A stretch of DNA of 64,000 nt from Zygnema circumcarinatum SAG 698-1b (lineage: Eukaryota > Plantae > Zygnematophyceae), in the NCBI GenBank assembly GCA_037447605.1, contig CM074809.1:3152689-3216688 (forward strand). The letters are read 5' to 3'. The position numbers were made by a program, and so were the translations under genes. Positions 51,602 to 64,000 of this stretch are shown piece after piece. Position 1 is the first letter of the stretch. Each line of letters opens with the position of its first letter. The notes under the pieces were generated by a model, which saw only the letters and a list, made by a program, of their open reading frames with translations, ran no database searches and was not told where the DNA came from.

Positions 51602-54600
51602 TCAAGAATACTCCGGGTCGTATCTTTGAGTCAAGATGATCGAAGAATAACCCAGAACCGGGTACGCATTTGCACACAAAAGACCTGCGAATTGCGCTTC
51701 TGCTGTCGCTCTGTCGGGAATGTCGTCTGCCAAAAAGTCATACGGGGCCGGCTTTGATGTGTCCACAAGAGGCATCCACCTGCAGCCCCGGCGCTCAGGG
51801 AGGATCGCCACAACAGGGAGGTGGCTTGCATTGAAGGCAACATAGAGTTCCCCCCTCGCGGCATCTTTCTGCACCCGACAAACCCATTGCTTAAAGGAAG
51901 TGAACCACAACCGTCTCAAGCCATCAAAACGGATGTCTACTATGAACCATATTGGAAAAGGTGAAGTCTTATGGCAAACTTGGTTTATTTCCTCAGAGCT
52001 GTTCGCCAAGAACCTGCAGCCCTAGACTGGAAACCCTCTTCCACGTGCGGTAAAAAAGGTCTGCCAGCAATTCAAAGCCTTTAGAAAAGGTTTAACTGTC
52101 ACGAGGAGTTGCCTCCGTTGTCATCTATCAGATGTACTCAGAAACCAGCCATTGAGCCCTTGAAACGTACGATTGTGAAGGCGATAAAGCGGCTTGTCTC
52201 CGACCAATCAGGTGTGTTGGGGGTGAGGCCATGCCACTGTAGCCGGTCTGCAGTCGGGAAGTCAGCAAGGCCCAAGCACTCCGTTTCCCTGCATTCGAAA
52301 AAAACTCTCTGATACTTGTCAGGAGATACTTCTAGTGCTGCCACCTCAACACACTCCGCATGTTCCTTGCTCAATTCACACCTCTCTTGTTACTAATGGT
52401 CTCCTAACTGAAACATGTGACAGGTTTGGCAACGTTTCTCTCTGTGTAATTCCTTGGGAGCTCGAAAAATCCGTTATGGCTATGTCACTAAATCGCTTTG
52501 GGGACTGGAGAACGGAGGCACTAAGTTCGGGGAGGCTCGATAATAGTCGTCATGAGTGCATTTAGGACGCTGCAAGAGACTCACCTCCTGAAGTGGATGA
52601 GTAGGCGATAAAAGCGGTTGAAGCCATGCGGATCACTTTCCAGCTTGTCCCAGCGGAGATAGTTGACCTGTATCCAGGGCAGCCTCATGCACGTTCTCCA
52701 TCAACAGCAAGGTGCAAAACTAAGAAATTAAAGGGTATCATTGGCCAGAAGCCCAAAAGCGGAGGTAGGGCACGACGATGAAGTTATCCCCCAGCCACAC
52801 AAAGTGCAGAGATTGCAACATCGCAAGAGAAATGACACTAACGGTGCCGAGCGCTGACTTCAATAGACCAACAATGCCATGACAACGGACGCTTATCCTT
52901 GTGACTCTGCTGAGATCGCAGTGTTCTTCAGAACATCAACTTAGATTGGGCATGGCAGATTGTCCTGAATTGAGACCTGGAAATCCACTAGTTACATCCA
53001 TGGGATGACTAGCAGTGAGCATCAGTCTGTGAGGGAGAGGAATGAAGACGAGGCAATGGAGAAGAAGTGGACCTCCATATCATGGCAGTAGGTGTTATTG
53101 TTGCCTCCCTTGGTGTGCCCGTATTCATCTCCCATACACACCATTGGTACACCCTGCGCCACGCATAAGCAAGAGCCCATCAGCGCGAGTAGCTGCATAG
53201 TGGAACACAAAAAGCAAACGTCGAGAAACACAAGTTCTTGTTCTAGTCTATGGAATGCTTGCTTCTGAGGCCAATGAAATAGTCACAGCTTAGAGCGTAA
53301 AGCACTCCATAATTAGACTGAATAAATGTACAAGTGTGGAGGACTCAGTCTGTGGCTGGCCACTGTTTGATCCGTAGCCTTTGAAGAAGGCAACTCACCT
53401 GAGAGACGAGGAGAGCAAGCATCAAGTTTCGCATTTGACGCTGCCGCAGCCTTTGCACTCCCCGACCAACAAGCTCCCCCTCCTGTAGAACAACACATGG
53501 TGGCAACACACCCATCTTAGCTAAAAAGGGGGTCCTTTTCTTTATCCACTCTGCAATTCATGAAATAAAAGGCTTTGCTAGTGTCACCTACAACTGTATC
53601 CATTGAAGAATAGTTTCGCAGTCAGAACTGACATAGTGATCCTTCTCTAACAACAGACTGTTTGGGAAGTCCTTGATCCGTCTGAACAATTGATCCTAGA
53701 TATGGAGAATCACTGATGAAACTGAGTGCGACATAAGCAAGATGTCTTACGCCTATTTGACGACGACAGGCCTTCCATGAATGGGCGGTCTTTACTGACG
53801 TCAGGCTCATAGAACCACCCTTATCCCCTTGAAGTATAATGAAGACAGCTTCCAATGCTGGACGATGCAGCAGGTCAGCAGACTTACTTCACCACAATTC
53901 CAACTGTTATTGTGATTCTCTCCGTCATTATTGTCCTCCCCGTTCGCCACATTATGCTTTTCATTGTATGACACAACATCCGCCAGGCTGAACCCATCAT
54001 GTGCTGTCACGAAATTGACGCTATGCCAAGGTTTGCGGCCCCCCTCCTGATATAGCTCCATCACAGTTCAAGACAAATCGTGTTCAGCGCCCCCCTGCTG
54101 GAGCCTTTTTTTTTTTTATCCACTGTGCAATTCATGAAATAATAAGCTTTGCTAGTATCACCTACAACTGTATCCATTGAAGAATAGTTTCCCTGTCAGA
54201 ACTGGCATAGTGATCCTTCTCTAACAACAGACTGGCTGGGAAGTCCTTGATCCCTCTGAACAATTGATCCTATGTATGGAGAATCACTGACGAAAACAGG
54301 CTCCTTCATTTTCAAGGCAACCCAAAAAGCTTAGGTACGGGCCAATATTCCTCACAAGCTATTCCTCAGCAAACACACCCTCTGCAAACTGACAAAATGC
54401 AAGTTGCACCTGGTATATGTGGGGCGAGCCGCACAACATATTTGCAAAAGCTCCAACCATGTTGTCTGTGCCTTTAATGAACTGCCTCACAGTGTCGCGG
54501 AACTGTGCCCCCAACATAACCAGTAAAGTGAGGTCAGCTAGCCATGCGAGAGCTCGCTCATGTCCTGGTCAGATTACTTTCGTTCGACCAAAGTTGAAGA

Positions 54601-57600
54601 ATTTGTTTTTACCACTGACAGTGAGTGGAGCATTTTCCTCATCAGTCTTGTCCCATACATTTCCGGATCTTTATCCAGAGTCTGACAAACTTTCCAAGAG
54701 TTTACTCTAACCTCATTCTCCAGCCAATGAAGAAACAGCAGCTTTTGGACTCAAGCAACAGGAAGTGTCAGTAGGATTGACCAATCGAACCGATGAAAGG
54801 TAAATGAATAGACACTGCTGAACGTTTATGGTCATTTATGGTTTGCTCGACAACACTATTTTGACCGTCTTGACTTGTTGCAGACAGATAGCTAGTGCGA
54901 GATACCTGGCCGTTCCACTCGGACCAAATTCCCCAATGAGGAAATGTACCCACTTGGTACAGACCTCCCGCATCCCATGCCTCAGCAATGAGCTGCTTCC
55001 ACCATGGGCAACAGTAAACATGGCAATGTATTCAATCAATGTATTGACAACAGGACATGCCTCCGTCTGACCTACATCCGTTCATCGACATTTGAATCAC
55101 AAGCTAAGCAGGCTTTCATTTTCCTCCATATTGAGATTCAATAGTGGCCAATGCTAAGACGTGCCAGGTCCATCCAAGACTTACCAAGTCCTTAACTGCA
55201 GCAACACAAAAATAGTCATTAATACTCAAACCCTGCCTGCTACCATAATCTCAATTTGTGAGTATGATGAGGCACTTTAGTTCGAATAATAGTTGCTTGA
55301 TTGTTTACCAGACAGGCTATCGCAAAGGCGTAGACTACCTTCTATCGACATGCACAAAGATTAGAACCAATAAAGTGCATAGCCTTCAGAGACATTCAAA
55401 TCAAGTTGTACCTTCACGTCACGTAAGACAGGGTCGTTGCTAATCATGTCCACCAATGGGGGCTCAGTCAAGGGAGTTCCAGTAGTAACCGTGTCTCCCT
55501 CAAGAACATCTCCGCTCCCAAATACGAGACTCTTCTCCCACAGGCTGCAACGCCACAATCATCCTCACCGTGAGAACTTGAGAAGATCAAACACTATGCA
55601 CACAAGTCCTTTTGCAAGCGGGACTTAAAAATAATGATAAGTTTTTCACAGCATATTGAATGTTTTGTTCTTAATGCAAGATCTGTATGGGAAGACTGGT
55701 CGTGTCAGCCTGGGAGCTTGCATGCAATGCATGAACTTGAGACATTTGCTCAACGAGAGCAATCTTTAAATCAAAACAGCTCCTATAATTCGCTACCTTG
55801 CAGGTGGGCATTAGGTGAATGACATACCTGCTGGCTCTCGTGAGAATGGCAGCAAGGTCAAAACGAAAGCCATCCACATGCATTTCTATCACCCAATATC
55901 TGCAACCATTCAAAAATCAAAATGGAAAAAAAGTTCAAAAGAAACTAATCCTGTGCAACTGAAAAGGTAACGTGGACAAAGATTCTCAGCAGAGAATGAA
56001 GTGTGAGCTATTCAAATCCACTGCTCAGAAGGGCAGATTTTGGGATGAAGGTCCAGCAATAAATAACTCACCGCAAGCAGTCGACGATAAATCGACGTAT
56101 TATCGGATGATTGCAGTTGAGGGTATTGCCACACCCGGAGTAGTTGTAGAACTCCCCCTGCATTCCATCCCGCTTCATTCAAGTTTCTGGTTCACAACAA
56201 CCTAATCATAGCTTTGTTCTCTCCCTTTTCTGAAACATGTCTTGAGACACATCCTTTTCTCCACTATTTCATCATTAACAGGGTCGATGAGACTATAACT
56301 AACACTGCCATATTTGAAGTGTGCCACTAATTCCTAACCTAGTGAGTCTCAATACAGTAGGTTCGATCAATCTTTGAGAAATAGCTGTTAAATCATAGAT
56401 TGCCAACATCAGTATCCATGGCTTGCCACAACTTCCGCATGCTATTGTCAACGCAGAAGCACCAGGGTTATGCAACGACCATAGACAACTGTTTTTTCTT
56501 CGCTTTGTAATTACTGGTCCATGCAACATCGGAGTGAATGAGCGAGTTAAAGCATCCACTGACCTTAGGTGCGACCATATAGAAGACATGGTTGTCCAGA
56601 CCTCGAAAGGAAAGTGTCGGTCCCATCTCGTTGCCTTCTGCTGTGTGGTTGAACACCACATCCATGATGACCTGGCCAAGAAAAAAAACGAGCACATTCG
56701 CGTTGGGAGCAACAAATCCAGACCTTCCTTCACCGTTACGACCTTCAAAGGCGTGTAAAAATGGCCCAAGCGGCTACACGTTTCTTTTATTCGTTCGACT
56801 GCACTCAGTACGCAGTGCATAGTCACAAACGCGTCTTGGCAACTCAAGGAGTTGGCAAGGTTGTCATACTTTGTCCTCAGGCTCACTGCTTAGTTCAACT
56901 GCATTCCTCTAGCCTCCTCTAGCATTTTGCCAACCTCAGCAACTTGTTTTTTAAATTAGCACGCTTAATGCTCCAGCTGATTCGAGGTGTCAAGCTAGAG
57001 TGAGGGACAGAAATGAGAAAATTCGAGCGAGGGGTCCTTTCTATTGGCCTTTCTTTCTTTCTTTGCTTGCAGAGCTGTTTAAAATACTATATCAACGAGA
57101 TGTATAAACAGTTTGAACATTCATCACCATAGGAACAACTAGGGAAAGGAGGAATCACCTCAATGCCTAGCTTGTGCGCTTCTTTAACAAGAGTCTTGAA
57201 TTCCCTTATGGCACCCCTTCCGCAATCAGAGACGCCCGCAGCAGCGTAACGGGACATGGGTGAGAAGAAATTGATTGTGGAGTAACCCCAGAAGTTAACC
57301 CTGCGCATGCCGAACAGCAGCTCACCTATCACAGACGATGTGATTTCAGGACAACCAAATCATAAATTTTCCACTTGGGCCCTTTACTGTGAGAATGTAG
57401 TTTCAAGGTCAAGTAGTTCTACCATTAGATGAGGTTAGGCCTTAACGTGTGAACTTGACGTACAATTAGTTAAAAACTGAAAGGAAATGATATCCATACT
57501 GAGTATTTTTTTGTAGAATCTGCAGAAACCCAAACTGCATTCAGAAGTGCGTTCTTCCAGTAAATGGTAAACTCAACCAGCCACTTACTTGTATCCACCA

Positions 57601-60600
57601 GTTGCCGGATTGTAAGCATAGTATTCCAGCTCGTTGAACTCATGTACGGGCATCAACTCAATAGCATTTATACCAAGCGCCTGTAGTTGAACAGCACGAC
57701 AGATATGAGAAAGCACGACACAACAAACGAACAGGCGTCACTTCTATGGAAGCAGAATGCGCTACACGTATGATATATTCGAGTCTTGGTTCAAGTAGCA
57801 TCGTCAAAATCGGTCTGCCATATCACATGCTGATGTGCCATGGAGATTTTCAGGAGATTCCCTTGAGGTAATGACACATGAGTCCAATTCCACTGCACAT
57901 TACCACAAACATGTTCTATACGTCTTTTCGGTCCTATCTGAAAAGCATTCAATCCACCTCGCTAGTGTGCTTGGTTACTAGTGTTGGCAGCAGCACGTTT
58001 CCTCTCCATATGTTCACTAAATGACCGGGAGACGATCTCACCTTCAAGTGTGAAAGTTTCTCGACGAGACCAAGGTAAGTGCCTGGATATTGCACGCTAC
58101 TGGATGGGTGGCGACTGTATCCTCGTACATGCATTTCATATATGACAAGGTCTTGCTGCTTAATATTTGGTGGAGCATCTCCTTCCCAATCAAACTGCAT
58201 GCGCCCATGCATTAACTCGCTGACAAATGGGCTCCTGAGCTACCACGCATTATTTCAGTTGCGCAAAAGCGGCTCAGGTGAGCTCCATGACTCTCCAAAG
58301 AAAACTTGACTTGAACTTTGAAGTCTGGAGAACACCTCTCCAAGATGTGCATGCCCTCGAGCGAATAATGCATATTGAATCTAAGTGGGTTCAAACATAC
58401 TCAAGCTACCTATTTCCAAGTTGTGGAATAATAGGGGTTGCAAATGTATCTCACATAAGAAGTTCGTAACAATTGACATGACGATGCCTTCCAGCCTAAT
58501 TAGTCCCAAAGAATGCCACTTTACGATGGAAGGGTAGCAGGTTCTTTTAGACAATCATGAGTTCTGTTAGGATTCCAGTGTTTCCCTGCGAAGAAGCCTT
58601 TGATCCCTTCCCAAGCTATTTCACGACGCTATGATGTACCGTCTGAGAAAGCATTCTTGTGAGTTGCTAATCGACAATCTGAAGCTGCATTCTCAAATGC
58701 ATCCGGTGCAAAAGGCCTTACATTGTCATCGTCCTCGGTCGGCACCATGCCTGCCATCTGCGGCCAGCAGTCTCCATTGAAGCCTGGAACTCCATAAGTC
58801 GGCCTTCCAACCACAGCCTGCCCATGAATAGGGCCTAAAATGAATGAGAGGAAAACAAGCAGCGACTTGGACTCTATTTGCAGCGAATCAAAACCTAATC
58901 AAACTGGTATTCAAGTTCTCGACTATCACACCTGCTTTACTGCTATGCATGCCTGATCAAAGCGATCTTTCCGTCTCAGTCCATAACTTGACCTTCAAAA
59001 CTCCTGAACTTCATTCACCACACAACCCTCTGCATACTACTTGGCGATGTAATATAGTCGAAGACCATAATAAAAGAATCAGGAAGATAACGATCCTTCG
59101 CCTTGAACAGGCCAAGGAAGCATGATCACAAAAGGAGAAGAGAATCCACGTGTGTGGAGCACTACCTTGGCATAAGGGTCAACAAGAATCTTTGTGGAGT
59201 CAAACCTCAGGCCCTCTTCTGGTGCAAATTTGCCTCCAACTCGGTAACCGTACAGAAGGTTAGGTGAAAGGGATGGGAGAAAGATATGCCATACGTTGCC
59301 AGTCCGATTGAGGATTGGATGCAGTGGAATTTCAGTGGTGATTTTACCCTGCATCAGGTTTTGGCAGCTATGTTATTGTATAGAAAGAAGATTGCCTCAG
59401 CTAAAAGTTAACATGCCGCAGGGTTTACTATAAGTGTTATATTGATTGCAGTATAAGTAAATTGCAGTACTAGTTACCCCGGCTTGGCAGGGTAACTGCA
59501 ATTTTTTGACGGCGCATTTGAGCCTCCAGCTCATCAAGCCTACAGAGCCTGTAAAGACTTGCTTTTTATTAAGTCACTAAGATTGCATGCTAACTCTCAG
59601 GTCAATCAACAAGCCATCTAGCTGCGCGTTTCAACAGCAGCTGAAAAAATCAACCCCCCTTACGGAATTAAGAACTGAGGTAATAAAGTTCAAATTTCAC
59701 TTATTCCAAGCAGCCTGATCCGATACTCACAAGCTGCTGAGATGTTTAAGTCGTAAACTATATACAGAAGGAGCTCAGTGAAAAGTAGTGCTTTATCGAC
59801 TCGTATGCTTCCTTATCTGCATATAGCAAGTTGAAGCTTCGACTATGCGCTTATTTTCTTTGATTAACGTGAAAATACAAAATTGCGGTTTGGAAATAAA
59901 GGCTTCAAATTTTGCAAGAGTGTTTGCGTCGCAAATCCGAGATAGCCCTACACTTGCACTTCGTGCAGCTTACAGGCCTCAATGCACCTCATACTGTTAC
60001 ATGTATATTCGTATTCGTACAGATTACTCGACCTCAGGACATTGTAAGAAATTGATGTTCGGTGGTTTCATAACTTTAACTATTAGCACTGTTCTTTCAG
60101 AAATTTCAGAAAATGTGATTGGCATTGCTTTAACAAGTGTACGGGGCAACGCAAAAGGCACTTGTATCCTTTTGATGCTTACATTCTGAATGTCTTCTTC
60201 AGTGAATAGACAAAGGCTGACAGATGTGGCTCCCGATGAATGAATTGCAAAATTTATACCGCCTTCAAGGGCTGCTGCTCCAAAAGGAGTTGGAAGGCCC
60301 CTCTGAGGGGTGCCATACATAGTGCCATGGCCTGAACCAAAATCTCTCTCTACTATGCGCTTAGATGTCCTGTAGTCACGAAGATAGTCGGGAGGATCAG
60401 AGAGAACCGCCTTTATCTGGAGGCAAGAAGCATTCCTAGGGGCAGCCTCTCTGTTCCAAGCTCTTAAATCTAAGAGCGCTCTATTCTGGCCACAGAGAAA
60501 AAACCTCCTTGAGCTTCTTCCAAAACATGGTAGTCCAGGCTCCGAGCAAATAGAGCTCCTAGTAACCGCTGGTCCATTGGTTAACGGAAAAACGACAAGA

Positions 60601-60644
60601 TTATTACAGCTAACAAGCGGTTGACTAGCACTTAAAAAAGTCAT
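51602..60644 (-). CDS. ISA1: Isoamylase 1, chloroplastic (starch-debranching enzyme, GH13_11 with CBM48); many exons
   Basis: [84 protein letters not shown] (nucleophile), [14 protein letters not shown] (acid/base), [37 protein letters not shown]. Transit peptide starts at ATG 60644. Confidence 0.96.
53541..54295. repeat. 181-bp direct repeat in two adjacent ISA1 introns (53541-53721 and 54115-54295)
   Basis: Manual alignment gives about 13 substitutions and no indels (about 93% identity). Confidence 0.9.
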
Positions 60645-62814
60645 CGTGAAGTGAGAGTGCTGGCAGCTCAGAGAGGTACGAGCTCTCAACTCTGAGAAGC
60701 AAGAAAATCCGTCTCAATGCGTGCCAATGCCTGTATTGCCCAAAGCGATCAGATCCTGAACAGATTCGAGGGGCACAAAACCCAGACACCACCTGGTATC
60801 AAATTTGAAAGACAGCAACCCTAACCCTAAAAAGACAGCCCTAACACCTTTCCTTTCCACTCCAAGAAATGCTCCAAATCATTCAAGAAGCAAGCAACAT
60901 TTTTTTCCTTTTTATACAACAGCAAGCGCTCCACGAGCTTCATCTGCCTCCTGTTCAGCTGCAGCAGTGGTCTCCAACCTGCTAAAGTGCAAGCCAATCA
61001 AGGACTGTCACGTGTATAAATTGTGACGTGGCGGACTGTGATTGGAACAGAACAGGGACGCTCATGGAGCCTCGCCCTGGTTGTCCTTTAAGGTACAAAA
61101 CCGCCAAGCATGAACCAATCAGAACGTGTCACGTTGGACATTATGTACATATGGCAACCTGGGGTTGGCCATGTCTAGTAGGGAAGCCCACCTGTGCCTG
61201 TGGTTCCCGTTCGTCCAAAACCTAGCTCCGGGCAGTGGAGGAGCTCCGGAATCCTCCCAAGGCCGTCCGATTAGAGCTATTCGCACCTACAATCGACGGA
61301 GGAGAGAAGCCCCAAAGGAGAGCCACAACTCCCAAGGCAATCTTCGGCGTGACGAGTCGTTTCCATGTTTATAAATTCAGGAAGTTGCTGTAGAACCATA
61401 AATCTTTTTCACGTTCGTTGGACAGGAAACGCAGTTCCAGTATCAGTTTTACATCAATTTGTTCTCCTTTACGGTACGGTGCCCCTTTCTGATTCCGGCC
61501 TGCGATTTGACACGGGCTCGGTCAACGGTCGAATTTTGACCGAAATTCCGCCTCCGTACAGCCTCCGCCGAACAGGTCGCTCCAGTTCGGATTTGGAGGA
61601 ACGTTCCTCGAAGCCTTCTCGATTGTTACAGCTGCTAGCTTCTCTGCCACGCACGGCTGGCCTAACCTAGGATCTGAAAGATTCATCCCTTGGGCTACTT
61701 GATCTTCCGCCGGCTCCACCTGTTGCATGCACCAACTAACATGCAAGATTTGATTGTGGCTTCAAACTTATTTGATTTACCATCCCATCTGTAATTTGAA
61801 TTGACTCTTTTTAAATCTAAGGATTTCCATGTTCTTGCTTTTTACTATATGACCAAGTTTTGCCTTAGCCCAAGAAGAACATTAGTTCGTGAAGGGCACT
61901 GACACGCACGTAGACGCCGATTTTCTTGTTCTTGCAATTTTGTCACAGGTGGCCTCACGCAACTAAAGCCATACGTGGATAAAAAAACACTGATTCATTT
62001 CAATGGAAAAATGCCCTTTGTACTTCATCTTATCCAGCTCATAAGACATAGACAATGTAATTCCTAACATCCAACTTTTAAGAGTTGGGCTCTCCCTAGC
62101 CATACTTTTTTGTCTTTTTTTGTAAAAGGGACGGAATGAAGGAATCATCTGCTACGCTGGAACCTCAATGCGCGCCTTTCCCTTCAGGTTGTTAACTTCC
62201 CTGTTTGACTTCGGTTGGTTGACTGACTCGTTGACCGTCACGAACTAATGAATTTGGGCAGGCTGACCAATGGCCCGCAACCCATTGGAATGGTTGGCAA
62301 CCAATCTTTGTAACCGTGGGCAATGATTGGTGTGGGTTCGACGCCAATGTTGGAATCATTGCAAGCGTTGGTAACCACTGAATACAATGTTGAGCCCGAG
62401 ACCAATTGTCGCAATCATTGATTTCAATAGTTGGCAACCATTGGCAATGATTGACGGGTCCGCCGATCAATGGTTACCAACCAGGATGCGTCCTATGGCT
62501 GCCAACCATTGGCAATGGTTGGAAACAATAGCGAAATTGGGCAAATATGCGAAAGCAACAATTGCCGACAGAGAGGCTTGAACCAAACACGACCATTCAA
62601 CATGAAGGTCGTACCTAGCCATAGCACCGCCAATACTCCCTCTAGTTCAAGCTGACCAAATATCAACCAATGGCTGAACCATTTCAATGGTTGTCAGCTC
62701 CATGAGCCAGTGTTGCCAAGTAAATCCAATGGTCAACCATTCCAAAAAGTTGACCGAATGGTTTCACCTGTGCCGTGTCAGTACTACTGAACTGAGCCGC
62801 GATCGAACGCAGTG

Positions 62815-62880
62815 CATCATGATCATCATCGTCGTCATCATCATCATCATTAGCGTCATCATCATCATCATCATCACCAT
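62815..62880. repeat. Imperfect (CAT/CGT)n microsatellite
   Basis: CATCATGATCATCATCGTCGTCATCATCATCATCATTAGCGTCATCATC... Confidence 0.9.
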
Positions 62881-64000
62881 GTGCATGCACTCCGTGTTGT
62901 TCATGTGCATGCGCGTGCTGCCGCCAGTCGGGCAGCAAGCGCATGCACATCTCTTTCAAGCTTCCCCGCGCCCGTAGACGCGGCGCCCGGAAAAACGGTA
63001 ACAGATCGGGCCAATCCCGCGCCGCCTCCCTCCCTCCCCCCCTCCCTCCCGCGAGTCCGGCGCCGCGTCCCGTCCGAGGGCGGTACGCGCCAGCCGGCAC
63101 CGCCCGCGCCAAAAGGCCGCCGGCGTCATCTCGTACGGCTTCGCCACGTGGCACATTCGGTGCACAGTCCTCCTGAGCGCCTAATTATTGAGGTTGTCGG
63201 CGGGCGTTACTGCCCCGGCCCAGCTGGGCACGTGGCCGTCCTTAAATTTGCCCGCCGGATTCGCCCGCCCGCCAGCCGCACAAGATTATGGCGTCCGGTT
63301 GACTTCCGCGCGTGAAACGCGGAGCTCACATCGCCAGATTGGGCGGGCCATCGCAGCCGTCGATTCTTGCCACGCTGGAGGCCTGCGTGGTGACGGCATG
63401 TCGGTGAACCAATCAGCGCTCGAAGCTAGGAACGGCCTTGTACGGATCTGAGGGCCTAGGACAAATTGTTGTTTGTCGGGGCCTGTTCTGTCGGGGCCCT
63501 CGCTGATGAGTGCGATTGGTTGTACGGTTCGTACAACTTAGCGAGACAATATTGGCTGCTTTCTGGCGATATTTGTCGCTTTTGGTTCCGGACGTTGTAC
63601 GAAAGGGCGCTGGCATGCCACGCGGCAGATTTTGACGCGCCGTCTCGCGCCACCTTGTACGGTCTGGTCTTGCAGAAATTACACCGACAAAAATGGCCCC
63701 GGGCGTGCGCTCAACAGTCCAACAAAGCCGGGAGGGCCGGAAAGATCCCTGCCAAAGGGGAGCCCTCGGGCAGTAACAAAACGTTTTCTTCAATACGTAT
63801 TACTCGGGCAAGGTTGTTAGTTACTGTACTGCTCTACAACATTCGCCCAAAAAGCACTTTTTTAGTCCTGCCCAACGTTTTGACGTAGGCGTCAGCCCCT
63901 TTTTTCTGCCCGCCGGGTCTCCAGAAAAAACGTTTCTTGTCCCGCCCAATTCAGGCGCCGCCAGCGCACGCCCGCCTGTCCTGCCGTCTCCGTACAGAGG

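Noticed and set aside
63993-64000. TACAGAGG at the window edge resembling the MITE terminus TA-CAGGGG
   Set aside because: Only 8 bp are visible, so it cannot be evaluated.

Overview
Gene-dense, intron-rich eukaryotic nuclear DNA from a green plant lineage, most plausibly a streptophyte alga or early-diverging land plant (inferred from the plant-type gene set and GT-AG introns). About 13 protein genes can be assembled by hand across splice sites: a small hydrophilic LEA-like protein, plastid-type RluA pseudouridine synthase, acylamino-acid-releasing enzyme (AARE), a DnaJ-like zinc-finger protein, a DUF4864-like protein, RNA exonuclease 4, a DUF1499 protein, histone H2A, a small membrane protein, a HAD-like hydrolase, a SNAP25-type SNARE and isoamylase 1. 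The standout is an intronless gene at 34781-35866 (-). It encodes a signal peptide followed by 7 cationic GYGWKK(HKK)1-2WKKYPGY cores separated by acidic 25-aa spacers, the architecture of a multi-copy secreted peptide precursor; I do not recognise the core. Non-coding highlights are a TA-flanked MITE loaded with CCGTAC motifs, a palindromic CAACCATTG-G-CAATGGTTG element at two distant sites, a 181-bp segment duplicated in two adjacent ISA1 introns, and an AUG-less in-frame N-terminal extension of AARE. Family assignments come from recalled motifs, not database searches.
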